In this document: piece by piece, positions 37,501 through 45,771 of the stretch
How the letters are laid out: each line of letters opens with the position of its first letter
Numbering within the stretch: the first letter of the stretch is position 1
Assembly: GCA_046329575.1 (NCBI GenBank)
Contig: JAXLUJ010000013.1
Location: forward strand, 4,338 to 68,337
Reading direction: 5' to 3'
Source: Chitinophagales bacterium
GTDB taxonomy: Bacteria > Bacteroidota > Bacteroidia > Chitinophagales > LD1
Length of the DNA: 64,000 nucleotides
Notes under the pieces: model-generated
The model's database searches: none
What the model saw: the letters and a program-made list of their open reading frames with translations, nothing else
Told to the model about the DNA's origin: nothing
Program-made: the position numbers and the translations under genes

Positions 37501-39852
37501 GTTGTTGGCACATCGGTCACCATTAGTAATCCTGCCACGAGTTGCTTAGCCGATCAGAATTTGTTCACAACAACACCTTCCGGCTTTGCAGTATATAATT
37601 GGAATTTCGGCGATGCCACCACTTCCGGTTTGGCCGCGCCGGTTCATGGTTACAGCAATTCCGGCATATTCAATATCACCGTTACTGCGGTAGATTACAA
37701 TGGTTGCACGGCCACCGGAACTTCACAAATACAAATTTTCCCGCTGCCGGTTGTAGTACTCACTACTTCCGACACGTTCATTTGTAAAGGCGATTCCGCC
37801 CAGCTTACTGCTACTGCCGGTTTCAACAATTACGTATGGTTCCGCGCCGGCGTGCAAATCGCAACAGGCACATCCAACACCTTGTTTGTGTCTCAAACCG
37901 GAATGTATACGGTATTAGTGACAGATGGCAACGGATGTTCTTCTAAATCGAATAGAATGCCGATTGTAGTTCGGCCACTTCCGAAATTTAAGATCAATTT
38001 CCCTCCACCCAATTCTTCCATTGTATGCGTGAACGCCACACAACCGGGCACAACAACAGTAGCGGCGACTTATAACTCTAATTTTATTTACAATTGGTAT
38101 GCTTCTGCGCCTGTGTCCATTGCTTCGCCAAACGCATCATCAACAACGGTAAATATTGCTGCGGCCACTCCTGCAGGAAATTATCCGATTTATCTTACCG
38201 TAACAGATACCATAACCGGATGTAGCAAAAGTGATACGGTATGTTTAACGGTAAGTTTAGCGCCTTCAGTAGTTATTACACCTAATGCTTCTGTTTGTGC
38301 CGGAAATCCTACCGTACTGAATGCCATACCAAACGCACCAATATTTTCTTATAACTGGAATACCGGGGCGTCAACACCTTCCATCACTGTAAGTGCGGCG
38401 GGGAATTATCAGGTTACCATAACTGCTAATCAATCGGGATGTAGCGCCGTTTCCAATTCTGTAATTGTGTATCCAATTCCCGATGTGAGTTTGTTCCCAA
38501 CCGGGTGCGATACACTTTGCGATAAAGATCACCTTTACATCCCCCTTCCGAATCAGTTAAATCCGGTTGCTCCTTCCAGTGTGTACGATACCATTCAGTG
38601 GTTTGTAAACGGAAATCCTTTTTCTCAAGGTCCATTTCTGCCATTAAGTAGTTTAACTCCCGGCAACAACATCATTCATGTAAGCGTTCACAACACTTGG
38701 GGCTGTACAAATACGACTGACGATTACTTTGTTTTTGTAAAACATTGCCCTGACACTTGTATCGTTCAGGCTATTTTTACCAATACACTCCATGGCGACA
38801 CCGCACAGTTTCACAATGCTTCCAGCGGAAACGGCATGCTGAGTTATTTGTGGGTGTTCAGCGATGGCGACACTTCGCATCAGCAAAATCCGGCGCATGT
38901 TTTCGATACTACAGGCGTTCAATCCGTTTGTTTACACGTAACCAACAACAATCCAAACGGAAGTTTTTGTGAAGATTCGTTCTGCATCTGCGTTTGCATT
39001 TGCCACAAAGATTCCGGGTGCAGTGCATTCCTTTCATATCTGCAAAACCAGAACATTACCGTAAATGGCACATTAAATCCAACGTTCACCTTCACACCGC
39101 CGGTTTTACAGCCCACCGACGTAGTTCGATGGGATTATACCTGCGACGGAATCATAGATGCGGTCACCACCGGTAATAGTACTGCAACGCATACCTATGG
39201 CGCATCCGGAAATTATGTGGTATGCGCCAAAATTGAACGAATCGTTGATGGTGATACTTGTTGGGCGCGGCTCACTGCCGCGGTAAAGGCCGATGTGAGT
39301 GTGGCCTGCCACTGCGACAGCACTTTTCTAAGCGCTGTGAATGCCGGATATGCCACCAGCGTTAGTGGAAACATGGTAACCTTCATCCCGCTTGCGCTTA
39401 CGAATTGCGACACGGTGGAATGGAATTTCGGCGACGGATCGCCTTTGGTTTACACCGTAGGGAATACGGCAGTTTCACACACGTATGCCAACCCGCATCA
39501 ACAGTATTACGTTTGTATGTTGGTACGGCGTGCCGGATCGCCTAATTGTACAAGGGAGTTTTGCCGCGCAACCACAGTTTCCGGCATCAACCAAATACCG
39601 GCCGGTGATCTGCGCATCTACCCAAATCCTTCGCAAGATTTCTGGTTCATTGAATGGAATCACAATCAATATAGCGAGACCTATTTTGCGGCAGTGAGCG
39701 ATCCTGCAGGACGGGTTTTGTTGAAACAGCATTTATCATCAGAAAAAACCACACGAATTTCATGTGAAAATTTCAGCTCGGGATGTTATCTCTTGTCCAT
39801 CACCAACGCTTCAGGACAAACCGTGAGCAATTACCGGATTTCGAAATATTGA
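34552..39852 (+). CDS. Giant Cys-rich surface protein with multiple PKD and Ig-like repeats and T9SS type-A CTD
   Basis: ~1766 aa from ATG 34552 (signal peptide ILTFFALFSNQTNAQS). At least five PKD-type W-x-F-G-D-G motifs. C-terminus LRIYPNPSQDF…GCYLLSITNASGQTV is a T9SS sorting domain. Confidence 0.85.
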   Translation: MKHLQSTANRIICGFLILTFFALFSNQTNAQSCCPKFQLTFPENCDRFDSLCESSVISAGMQLSTACKGSTNVYTVYPNLPGYTYQWTITGGTPVSYTGNPVTVTWGNGGNALIKVVISQNSGNCRDSFQTQLCLKDGPVANFTITSSPSCVGQPVTFNNTGTGGVTFVWNFGDGNSYSGFNPPPHVYSTPGTYIVTLLASSNPLTAQPGSQDCHCRDIKSDTLIIGSGTGPKIDTLGCYGSLCSTDTPLRTAYSTPLICGTYNWTVNGGTIISGAGTSSIVVQWNPSFSGTPTVTLSVPASCAGGCASSTTITVPIIYPNLPIQGPASVCVGSTSSYSLPVLPGCYYSWTITGNGNFTPSNNNYNSAVAKVIAGNFPGSFTLNCTYYDSLKHCGGSSSWTVQVLDKFLISAADLKVCEQATGNYFASGPASWQVFQNGILVPSYVIPNGSSASIFWLTPGTYQVVATSLNPLLYCNSSYSATVVVAARPVLTTSQALNSNVCSGDLITYQVNSTHPDYPFNWSISGGTIMANDGDNVTVQWTSGGTISVYQSNPDPSLICPSNTLTFTATPFAAPNITGAATACEDDVVNYNATPAGMPDYQWTIIGGTITGGQGSSAISVLWAGGTGVHSLTVSTCSGSSTKTVFITNKTTYSVTYTAGAGCSYTLTSTATAPTYSWYLNGTPLAPNTQTISITASGYYMVQPNIPCTKASGIAVTLPAIPQVTITTPVSRFCSPGGSVALPAITFNSIISAGGPYTYQWYHTPSPGAIPGANSAVYTQPAGLPSTSMGSYSLVVGYGSGCTVSSNVVVIDTGCGSGGGGTPCTLPSPPYSLTVSKGCNGSYLESFSSPPPAGTSINWNFGDGNTAISSVGAGVTHSFLNPGIYSVCATASNSTFCDLTSCIMDTIPIAPSFSVNIGCTAATLTNTSQMLSGISGYTISWSASSGTISPTGPNTATFTGSGTVTMTISYHGCNYVVSQNVNVVGTSVTISNPATSCLADQNLFTTTPSGFAVYNWNFGDATTSGLAAPVHGYSNSGIFNITVTAVDYNGCTATGTSQIQIFPLPVVVLTTSDTFICKGDSAQLTATAGFNNYVWFRAGVQIATGTSNTLFVSQTGMYTVLVTDGNGCSSKSNRMPIVVRPLPKFKINFPPPNSSIVCVNATQPGTTTVAATYNSNFIYNWYASAPVSIASPNASSTTVNIAAATPAGNYPIYLTVTDTITGCSKSDTVCLTVSLAPSVVITPNASVCAGNPTVLNAIPNAPIFSYNWNTGASTPSITVSAAGNYQVTITANQSGCSAVSNSVIVYPIPDVSLFPTGCDTLCDKDHLYIPLPNQLNPVAPSSVYDTIQWFVNGNPFSQGPFLPLSSLTPGNNIIHVSVHNTWGCTNTTDDYFVFVKHCPDTCIVQAIFTNTLHGDTAQFHNASSGNGMLSYLWVFSDGDTSHQQNPAHVFDTTGVQSVCLHVTNNNPNGSFCEDSFCICVCICHKDSGCSAFLSYLQNQNITVNGTLNPTFTFTPPVLQPTDVVRWDYTCDGIIDAVTTGNSTATHTYGASGNYVVCAKIERIVDGDTCWARLTAAVKADVSVACHCDSTFLSAVNAGYATSVSGNMVTFIPLALTNCDTVEWNFGDGSPLVYTVGNTAVSHTYANPHQQYYVCMLVRRAGSPNCTREFCRATTVSGINQIPAGDLRIYPNPSQDFWFIEWNHNQYSETYFAAVSDPAGRVLLKQHLSSEKTTRISCENFSSGCYLLSITNASGQTVSNYRISKY

Positions 39853-39863
39853 TAGGGCGGCCA

Positions 39864-39896
39864 GGTCGAAGCGCTAATTTTCATCGCGCTTCGACC
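39864..39896. terminator. Perfect 11-bp inverted repeat hairpin at convergent gene junction (possible bidirectional terminator/RNA-stability element)
   Basis: GGTCGAAGCGC-(11 nt)-GCGCTTCGACC. The left arm ends in the dinB stop codon and the right arm encodes the last dinB residues. There is no clear U-run. Confidence 0.45.
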
Positions 39897-41100
39897 GCTG
39901 GCGGTTTACTTCTTCCTTCATTTCGGCCTGCACGTCGCGGTTGCGCTTCACATTGCCCATGTCCATACCGCGCGCTAAAACAATTTTTCCGGTGCCATAC
40001 TTTTGTTTCACAGCATCAATAGCGCTGTACATCTTCGTTTCACCTTCCTGATCTTCAAAAATACGAAGTTGGGACCCGGTATGAACCAGCCGGCTGAAAC
40101 GCACGCCGATTAAACGCACCGGCCTGCCGTTTTCATAAAGTTCATGAAACAAACGCGTAGCCTCATTGATGAGAATTGTGGTAGAAAAGGTATCGCTGAT
40201 CGTGCACTGCCGCGAAGTAGTTGTAAAATCATTGTAACGAATTTTCACTGTAACGCAGGCCGTAAGGCGTTTCAGTTTCCGCAAATCGAACGACAATTTT
40301 TCAGTGAGCACAAAAAGTGCCGAGAGCAGAAATTTTTCATCTGTTGCATCTTCATCGAAAGTGCGTTCAACAGAAACCGATTTTTCTTCGTGATAATTTT
40401 CCACTTCGCCATGATGTTCGCCGCGCGCGCGCTGGTACAACATCAACCCCGTTTTTCCAAAAACATTCATCAGACTTTGCAACGGAATTTCACGAAGCTG
40501 GCGAACCGTACGCACATTCATCTGAATCAATTTTTCTTCCAGTTTTTCACCAACAAACGGAATTTTACCTACCGGTAGCGGATCCAGAAAATCTTGTTCA
40601 CTTCCCGGTTGAATTTGAAATTGTCCGTTAGGCTTTCCAGCATTGGTAGCCATCTTCGCCAGCATCTTATTGATGGAAAGCCCGAAGGAGATCGGCAACC
40701 CGGTGGCATTAATAATCTTTTGCCGCAGTTGCACGCTGAAGTTCCAGGCGCCGAAATACTTTTCCATTCCGGAAAGATCGATGTAAAATTCATCGATAGA
40801 CGCCTTTTCGAAGGTGGGCGCTTCGTTCTCAATTACCTGCGTAACCATCCTGCTATACCGCGAATATTCGGCCGAATCGCCACGAAGGTAGATGCCATTG
40901 GGGCAAAGGCGGTGAGCCTGTGCTGAAGGCATGGCGGAATGAACGCCCATTTGACGAGCCTCGTAGCTGCAGGAACTCACCACGCCGCGATGGCCTACCG
41001 CCCCAACAATTACCGGTTTGCCAATTAATGAAGGGTCTTTTATTCGTTCTACCGAAACAAAAAAAGAGTCCAGATCGAGATGCAGAATGGCGCGGTCCAT
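39874..41100 (-). CDS. dinB: DNA polymerase IV (Y-family)
   Basis: 408 aa. ILHLDLDSFFVSVE active-site motif. Little-finger domain. Basic C-terminal extension. Confidence 0.9.
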   Translation of the reverse strand: MDRAILHLDLDSFFVSVERIKDPSLIGKPVIVGAVGHRGVVSSCSYEARQMGVHSAMPSAQAHRLCPNGIYLRGDSAEYSRYSRMVTQVIENEAPTFEKASIDEFYIDLSGMEKYFGAWNFSVQLRQKIINATGLPISFGLSINKMLAKMATNAGKPNGQFQIQPGSEQDFLDPLPVGKIPFVGEKLEEKLIQMNVRTVRQLREIPLQSLMNVFGKTGLMLYQRARGEHHGEVENYHEEKSVSVERTFDEDATDEKFLLSALFVLTEKLSFDLRKLKRLTACVTVKIRYNDFTTTSRQCTISDTFSTTILINEATRLFHELYENGRPVRLIGVRFSRLVHTGSQLRIFEDQEGETKMYSAIDAVKQKYGTGKIVLARGMDMGNVKRNRDVQAEMKEEVNRQRSKRDEN

Positions 41101-41170
41101 AACTACCTGTAAAAGAAACTATATTTTTTGGTATTTTTGCGCTAATAATTTTAGTTTTCAACTTTTGAGT

Positions 41171-41953
41171 ATGGATTTTATTCAGCATAACATCAAATTT
41201 TTGAGAAAACAAAAAGGCTGGACGCAGGAACAACTAGGTTTGGAACTGGAAATCAAAAGAAGCCTGATTGGCAGTTATGAAGAAGGCCGCGCCAAACCCA
41301 ACTATGAAGTGTTGGCGGCGCTTTCAAAAGTTTTTAAATGCAGCATTGATAACCTGATCACGCGCGATTTGCGATTAACAGAAAAAGTGCCCTTGTTCTC
41401 GCCCGAACAACTGGATATTACGGGTGAATCGATGCGGGTGTTGGCCATTACGGTTGACGAAAAGCAGAATGAAAATATCGAAATCGTTCCGGCAAAAGCT
41501 GCTGCCGGTTATTTGAATGGTTATGCCGATCCTACTTTTATTGAAGAACTGAATCGCTTCCGGTTGCCATTTCTACCGGCAGGAACTTACCGCGCTTTTG
41601 AGATCAAGGGCGATAGTATGTTGCCGCTGCAACCGGGAAGTGTTGTAGTAGGCGAATATTTGAGCAATTGGAAAGAAATGAAAGATGGACATACGTATGT
41701 GATCATTTCGAAACACGATGGTATCGTTTACAAACGCGCATTTAGCAAGATCGAGGAAGATGGTACTCTAATTCTTCGTAGCGATAACACCTCCTATCCG
41801 GCTTATTCTATCCATATCAATGAAGTGCTGGAAGTGTGGAAGGCTGTGCTTCACATGAGTTATGTAAATAAAGGCAGCGATATTTCTTTTCAAAATATTT
41901 TGCATTTGATGCAGGAATTGAAGCAGGATGTAGAAACGCTGAAGGGCAATTAA
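41171..41953 (+). CDS. LexA-like self-cleaving repressor (XRE-type HTH + S24 peptidase)
   Basis: HTH region IKFLRKQKGWTQEQLG. Ala-Gly cleavage-type motif PAKAAAGY. Ser (KGDSMLP) and Lys (VYKRAF) dyad. Start set to ATG 41171, not 41018 which overlaps dinB. Confidence 0.8.
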   Translation: MDFIQHNIKFLRKQKGWTQEQLGLELEIKRSLIGSYEEGRAKPNYEVLAALSKVFKCSIDNLITRDLRLTEKVPLFSPEQLDITGESMRVLAITVDEKQNENIEIVPAKAAAGYLNGYADPTFIEELNRFRLPFLPAGTYRAFEIKGDSMLPLQPGSVVVGEYLSNWKEMKDGHTYVIISKHDGIVYKRAFSKIEEDGTLILRSDNTSYPAYSIHINEVLEVWKAVLHMSYVNKGSDISFQNILHLMQELKQDVETLKGN

Positions 41954-41957
41954 AGAA

Positions 41958-42512
41958 TTACCTTATGGTAAGATGAGGAATGTGAAACACTTTTTCATCA
42001 CGAAAAATGGTGAGGTCATAAGTTCCTTCAGGAATATTTTTGACAGCCGAAAAATTTCCGCCTTTTTCAATATAGGACCATTGAACAATTTGCTTTCCGG
42101 ATAAGAATTCTACACACTCATTTTTAAATACACCACCAATAGCCGTGATGGTAACACATGCACTTTCGGGATTATACGCTGCTACATAACCTTGAAATCG
42201 GGAATCAGGCCGAGCTAGTATCTGACTGGAATCTCTAGCCGTCATAGAAGTGTTTAATGGCCATTCAGGATGGATTTGCCAGTTTTCCGGAATTCGAAGT
42301 TCGGTTTGAAAGTGGAGCGCTGCCTGCAAAGGAACATGGAAAACCGGAAGCAGGGCTCGAAAGAAATTGTTGCTGTAAATTGCTGTAGCCGGATCGCCGG
42401 ATTCAATAGTCCATACGAATGCTTTTCCCAATTTGCTGGATACCGTATCCTGACAAAAGACTTGCGTTGATTGAAAAAAAATCAGCAATCCCAAACACTT
42501 TTTTAGTGGCAT
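41958..42512 (-). CDS. Small secreted hypothetical protein, last gene of the five-ORF cluster
   Basis: 184 aa. Signal peptide MPLKKCLGLLIFFQSTQVFCQ. The first five codons are identical in nucleotides to those of the upstream paralog. 2-nt gap to the upstream stop. Confidence 0.6.
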   Translation of the reverse strand: MPLKKCLGLLIFFQSTQVFCQDTVSSKLGKAFVWTIESGDPATAIYSNNFFRALLPVFHVPLQAALHFQTELRIPENWQIHPEWPLNTSMTARDSSQILARPDSRFQGYVAAYNPESACVTITAIGGVFKNECVEFLSGKQIVQWSYIEKGGNFSAVKNIPEGTYDLTIFRDEKVFHIPHLTIR

Positions 42513-42514
42513 AT

Positions 42515-44140
42515 CTATTCCATCATTAACCGCGAGGTAGCCATACGCTTGCCATCGCCTTCCAAAGCTACAGAATAAACACCGCTCTGTAAATTAGGCA
42601 GCGTGATTTGCTGAAAGCCACTGTAGGCGGGCACTTCCAGTTGCAGCACTACTGCCCCCAGACTGTTATAGCACACCAATTGAACCTGGCGGTAACGCTC
42701 CCATTCAATCCAGTTGTAGCTAATCAGCAGTTCGCTGCCACCACTGTTGGGATTAGGCTGCAATTGCAGTGCCGGTGCCCGTCCGTACAGCGGGTACAGC
42801 GAGTTGATGCCGCTGTAGATCGTATCGCAGCCCGATCCGATTTTGCGACCCGTGCGGTAATGAGGGAAATGGGGCGGGGCGTACAATACCATTTTACTGG
42901 TGCGGTACCGCTTGGGGGTGCCCATAGCCGCCGCCCCCTTTTCATTCGGCCGTTCGATGGTCGTAAAACTATGGCCCAGACCATTCATGGCCGTGGCAAA
43001 AAAGATCCGGCCGTCCGGGGCCATCTGAGAGCATTTAAAATTATAGGAGGGAAAGAGATAGTGCAAGGTGTCGAAATTGGGCGGTTGCGGGAACGAAAAG
43101 GTATCTTTCAGCTTGGTCGTATTCAGTACCGTATCGCGGCTGGCCATCACATCGGCCGCCTCCAGATCGTACTGATATACCAATGCCCTTAGATTCAGAT
43201 ATACAAAACGGTTGTTGGAAGAGATTTCCGCACTCTGGCAAAAGGCTTTAAAAGGCAGGTTCAGCGTATCGTATTCCGGAAAGGTGTCGATCACCAGAGG
43301 GTGCGACAACAATCCGCTGCAGCGGTCAAAATCGAACAGCTGCGGATGGTACGTCACAGAGCCCCGCACCGCCTTGGTGCCATCGGCCGAAAAGACCAAT
43401 TTACCATAATCCGCTTCCGTTTCCACTTCGCCTATGCACTGACTGCCCGAAAACGCCAGCGTATCCGGCTTCAGCAGGTAGCGCAGGTAGCAGTTGGTCT
43501 TCCACTCCTTAAAAAATACCCACCAGTCCCGGCCATTGCCATGGCGGCAGGCCGATACAAAACCGATCTCGCATTGGTGCATCGATAGCCGTATATCTTT
43601 CTTTTCGATCTTCAAATGACCGGTGCTGCGGTGGCGCGTGATATACGAATACACCGGATGGAAATCGGGCGTGGTCACATCGCCATACAACTGCGGATAG
43701 AACAGATAATAGCCCGTATCCGTTCCCGGCTGCGGTAACGCCATAAAGCTGTACACCAAGGCCATCCCACCCACGCCATCGTGCGCGATTTCTTTATAGT
43801 CTTCCCAATAATAATCGGTATATCCCAGTGAATCCCCATTCTCAATAATATGGCCCGAACTGTCCATCACCCACATCCCATTGGTTTGAAACAGCAAACG
43901 GCCCGAACTGTCGGAAAAATTGCAATTGCTTTCCCAGTAAGCCATACCCCGGTACTGGGGGCGATACCGGAAACTGTCGGTAAACAACCCTTCTTCATTG
44001 CCGGCACTGGGATGATGCAGCACCGAGTCCTGTAAGGCGGGATCCGCCCCCCAAATCCACGTCCGGTCGTACTGCTGGGCGTAGCTACCGGCTGCAAAAA
44101 AGGAGATTGCAAATAAGGAGAGGAACTTTTTTAGTGGCAT
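42515..44140 (-). CDS. Uncharacterised secreted protein (beta-propeller-like by eye) with T9SS type-A CTD; paralog 2
   Basis: 541 aa with a signal peptide. CTD is LQLQPNPNSGGSELL…YNSLGAVVLQLEV…SGVYSVALEGDGK. Near-identical to 44143..45771. Confidence 0.75.
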   Translation of the reverse strand: MPLKKFLSLFAISFFAAGSYAQQYDRTWIWGADPALQDSVLHHPSAGNEEGLFTDSFRYRPQYRGMAYWESNCNFSDSSGRLLFQTNGMWVMDSSGHIIENGDSLGYTDYYWEDYKEIAHDGVGGMALVYSFMALPQPGTDTGYYLFYPQLYGDVTTPDFHPVYSYITRHRSTGHLKIEKKDIRLSMHQCEIGFVSACRHGNGRDWWVFFKEWKTNCYLRYLLKPDTLAFSGSQCIGEVETEADYGKLVFSADGTKAVRGSVTYHPQLFDFDRCSGLLSHPLVIDTFPEYDTLNLPFKAFCQSAEISSNNRFVYLNLRALVYQYDLEAADVMASRDTVLNTTKLKDTFSFPQPPNFDTLHYLFPSYNFKCSQMAPDGRIFFATAMNGLGHSFTTIERPNEKGAAAMGTPKRYRTSKMVLYAPPHFPHYRTGRKIGSGCDTIYSGINSLYPLYGRAPALQLQPNPNSGGSELLISYNWIEWERYRQVQLVCYNSLGAVVLQLEVPAYSGFQQITLPNLQSGVYSVALEGDGKRMATSRLMME

Positions 44141-44142
44141 AT

Positions 44143-45771
44143 CTATTCCATCATTAACCGCGAGGTAGCAATTCGTTTGCCATCGCCTTCCAAAGCTAAA
44201 GAATAAACACCGCTCTGTAAATTAGGCAGCGTGATTTGCTGAAAGCCACTGTAGGCGGGCACTTCCAGTTGAAGCACTACTGCACCCAGACTGTTATAGC
44301 ACACCAATTGAACCTGGCGGTAACGCTCCCATTCGATCCAGTTGTAGCTAATCAGCAGTTCGCTGCCACCACTGTTGGGATTGGGCTGCAATTGCAGTGC
44401 CGGTGCCCGTCCGTACAGCGGATACAGCGAGTTGATGCCGCTGTAGATCGTATCGCAGCCCGATCCGATCTTGCGACCCGTGCGGTAATGAGGGAAATGG
44501 GGCGGGGCGTACAATACCAGTTTACTGGTGCGGTACCGCTTGGGGGTGCCCATAGCCGCCGTACCCTTTTCATTCGGCCGTTCGATGGTCGTAAAACTAT
44601 GGCCCAGACCATTCATGGCCGTGGCAAAAAAGATCCGGCCATCTGGGGCCATCTGAGAACATTTGAAATTATAAGACGGTAGATAGATATAATGCAAGGT
44701 GTCGAAATTAGGCGGTTGCGGGAACGAAAGGGTATCTTTCAGTTTAGTCGTATTCAGTACCGTATCGCGGCTGGCCATCACATCGGCCGCCTCCAGATCG
44801 TACTGATACACCAAACCCATTAGATTCAGATATACAAAACGGTTGTTGGAAGAAATCTCTGCACTCTGGCAAAAGGCTTTAAAAGGCAGGTTCAGCGTAT
44901 CGTATTCCGGAAAGGTGTCAATCACCATCGGGTGCGACAACAATCCGCTGCAGCGGTCAAAATCGAATAGCTGTGGGTGGTACGTCTCAGAGCCCCGCAC
45001 CGCCTTGGTGCCATCAGCCGAAAAAACCAATTTGCCATAATCCGCTTCCGTTTCCACTTCGCCTATGCACTGGCTGCCCGAAAACTGAAGTGTATCGGTT
45101 GTGAGAAGATACCGCAAATAGCAGTTGGTTTTCCACTCCTTAAAAAATACCCACCAGTCCCGCCCATTGCCATGGCGGCAGGCCGTTAGAAAACCGATCT
45201 CGCATTGGTGTATCGAAAGCCGTATATCTTTCTTTTCGATCTTCAAATGACCGGTGCTGCGGTGGCGCGTGATATACGAATACACCGGATGGAAATCGGG
45301 CGTGGTCACATCACCATACAACTGCGGATAGAACAGATAATAGCCCGTATCCGTTCCCGGCTGCGGTAACGCCATAAAGCTGTACACTAACTCCATTCCT
45401 ATTATGCCGGCACGTGCCCCCTCCTCAAGATCTTCCCAATAATAATCGGTATAGCCTAGCGAATCCCCATTCTCGATAATATGACCCGAACTGTCCATCA
45501 CCCACATCCCATTGGTCTGAAACAGTAAATGGCCGGAACTGTCGGAAAAACTGCAATTGCTTTCCTCAAAAGCCATACCCCGGTGCTTCGGACCATACCG
45601 GAAGCTGTCCGTAAACAACCCTTCTTCATTGCCGGCGCCGGGATAATGCAATACCGAGTCCTGCAACTCCGGATGTGCGCCCCAGATCCACGTCCGGTCG
45701 TACTGCTGAGACTGACCAGCTCTGGCAAAAAACAAAAAGGCGAAAATTGGAAGGAGCTTCTTTAATGGCAT
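44143..45771 (-). CDS. Uncharacterised secreted protein with T9SS type-A CTD; paralog 1
   Basis: 542 aa. Same architecture as paralog 2. Its start overlaps the stop of the 2246-aa ORF by 10 nt (ATATGCCATTAAAG). Confidence 0.75.
   Translation of the reverse strand: MPLKKLLPIFAFLFFARAGQSQQYDRTWIWGAHPELQDSVLHYPGAGNEEGLFTDSFRYGPKHRGMAFEESNCSFSDSSGHLLFQTNGMWVMDSSGHIIENGDSLGYTDYYWEDLEEGARAGIIGMELVYSFMALPQPGTDTGYYLFYPQLYGDVTTPDFHPVYSYITRHRSTGHLKIEKKDIRLSIHQCEIGFLTACRHGNGRDWWVFFKEWKTNCYLRYLLTTDTLQFSGSQCIGEVETEADYGKLVFSADGTKAVRGSETYHPQLFDFDRCSGLLSHPMVIDTFPEYDTLNLPFKAFCQSAEISSNNRFVYLNLMGLVYQYDLEAADVMASRDTVLNTTKLKDTLSFPQPPNFDTLHYIYLPSYNFKCSQMAPDGRIFFATAMNGLGHSFTTIERPNEKGTAAMGTPKRYRTSKLVLYAPPHFPHYRTGRKIGSGCDTIYSGINSLYPLYGRAPALQLQPNPNSGGSELLISYNWIEWERYRQVQLVCYNSLGAVVLQLEVPAYSGFQQITLPNLQSGVYSLALEGDGKRIATSRLMME

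Larger units (their letters stand above)
42515..45771. repeat. Tandem ~1.63-kb direct duplication (two gene-length units)
   Basis: The two units align base-for-base over most of their length. The junction string TTTTTTAGTGGCATATCTATTCCATCATTAACCGCGAGGTAGC occurs at both ~42497 and ~44125. Confidence 0.9.

Noticed and set aside
41018-41170. Upstream extension of the LexA-like ORF overlapping dinB by 83 nt
   Set aside because: The extension has no HTH or leader features. ATG 41171 (MDFIQHNIKFLRKQKGWTQEQLG) gives a standard XRE-HTH N-terminus and leaves a 70-nt divergent promoter region.
42608-44682. Long antisense ORFs inside both paralogs (42608..43192, 44236..44682, and several 65-95-aa ones)
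   Set aside because: They are duplicated together with the genes. They are explained by the high local GC content, and their peptides are Arg/Ala/Gly-rich with no features.
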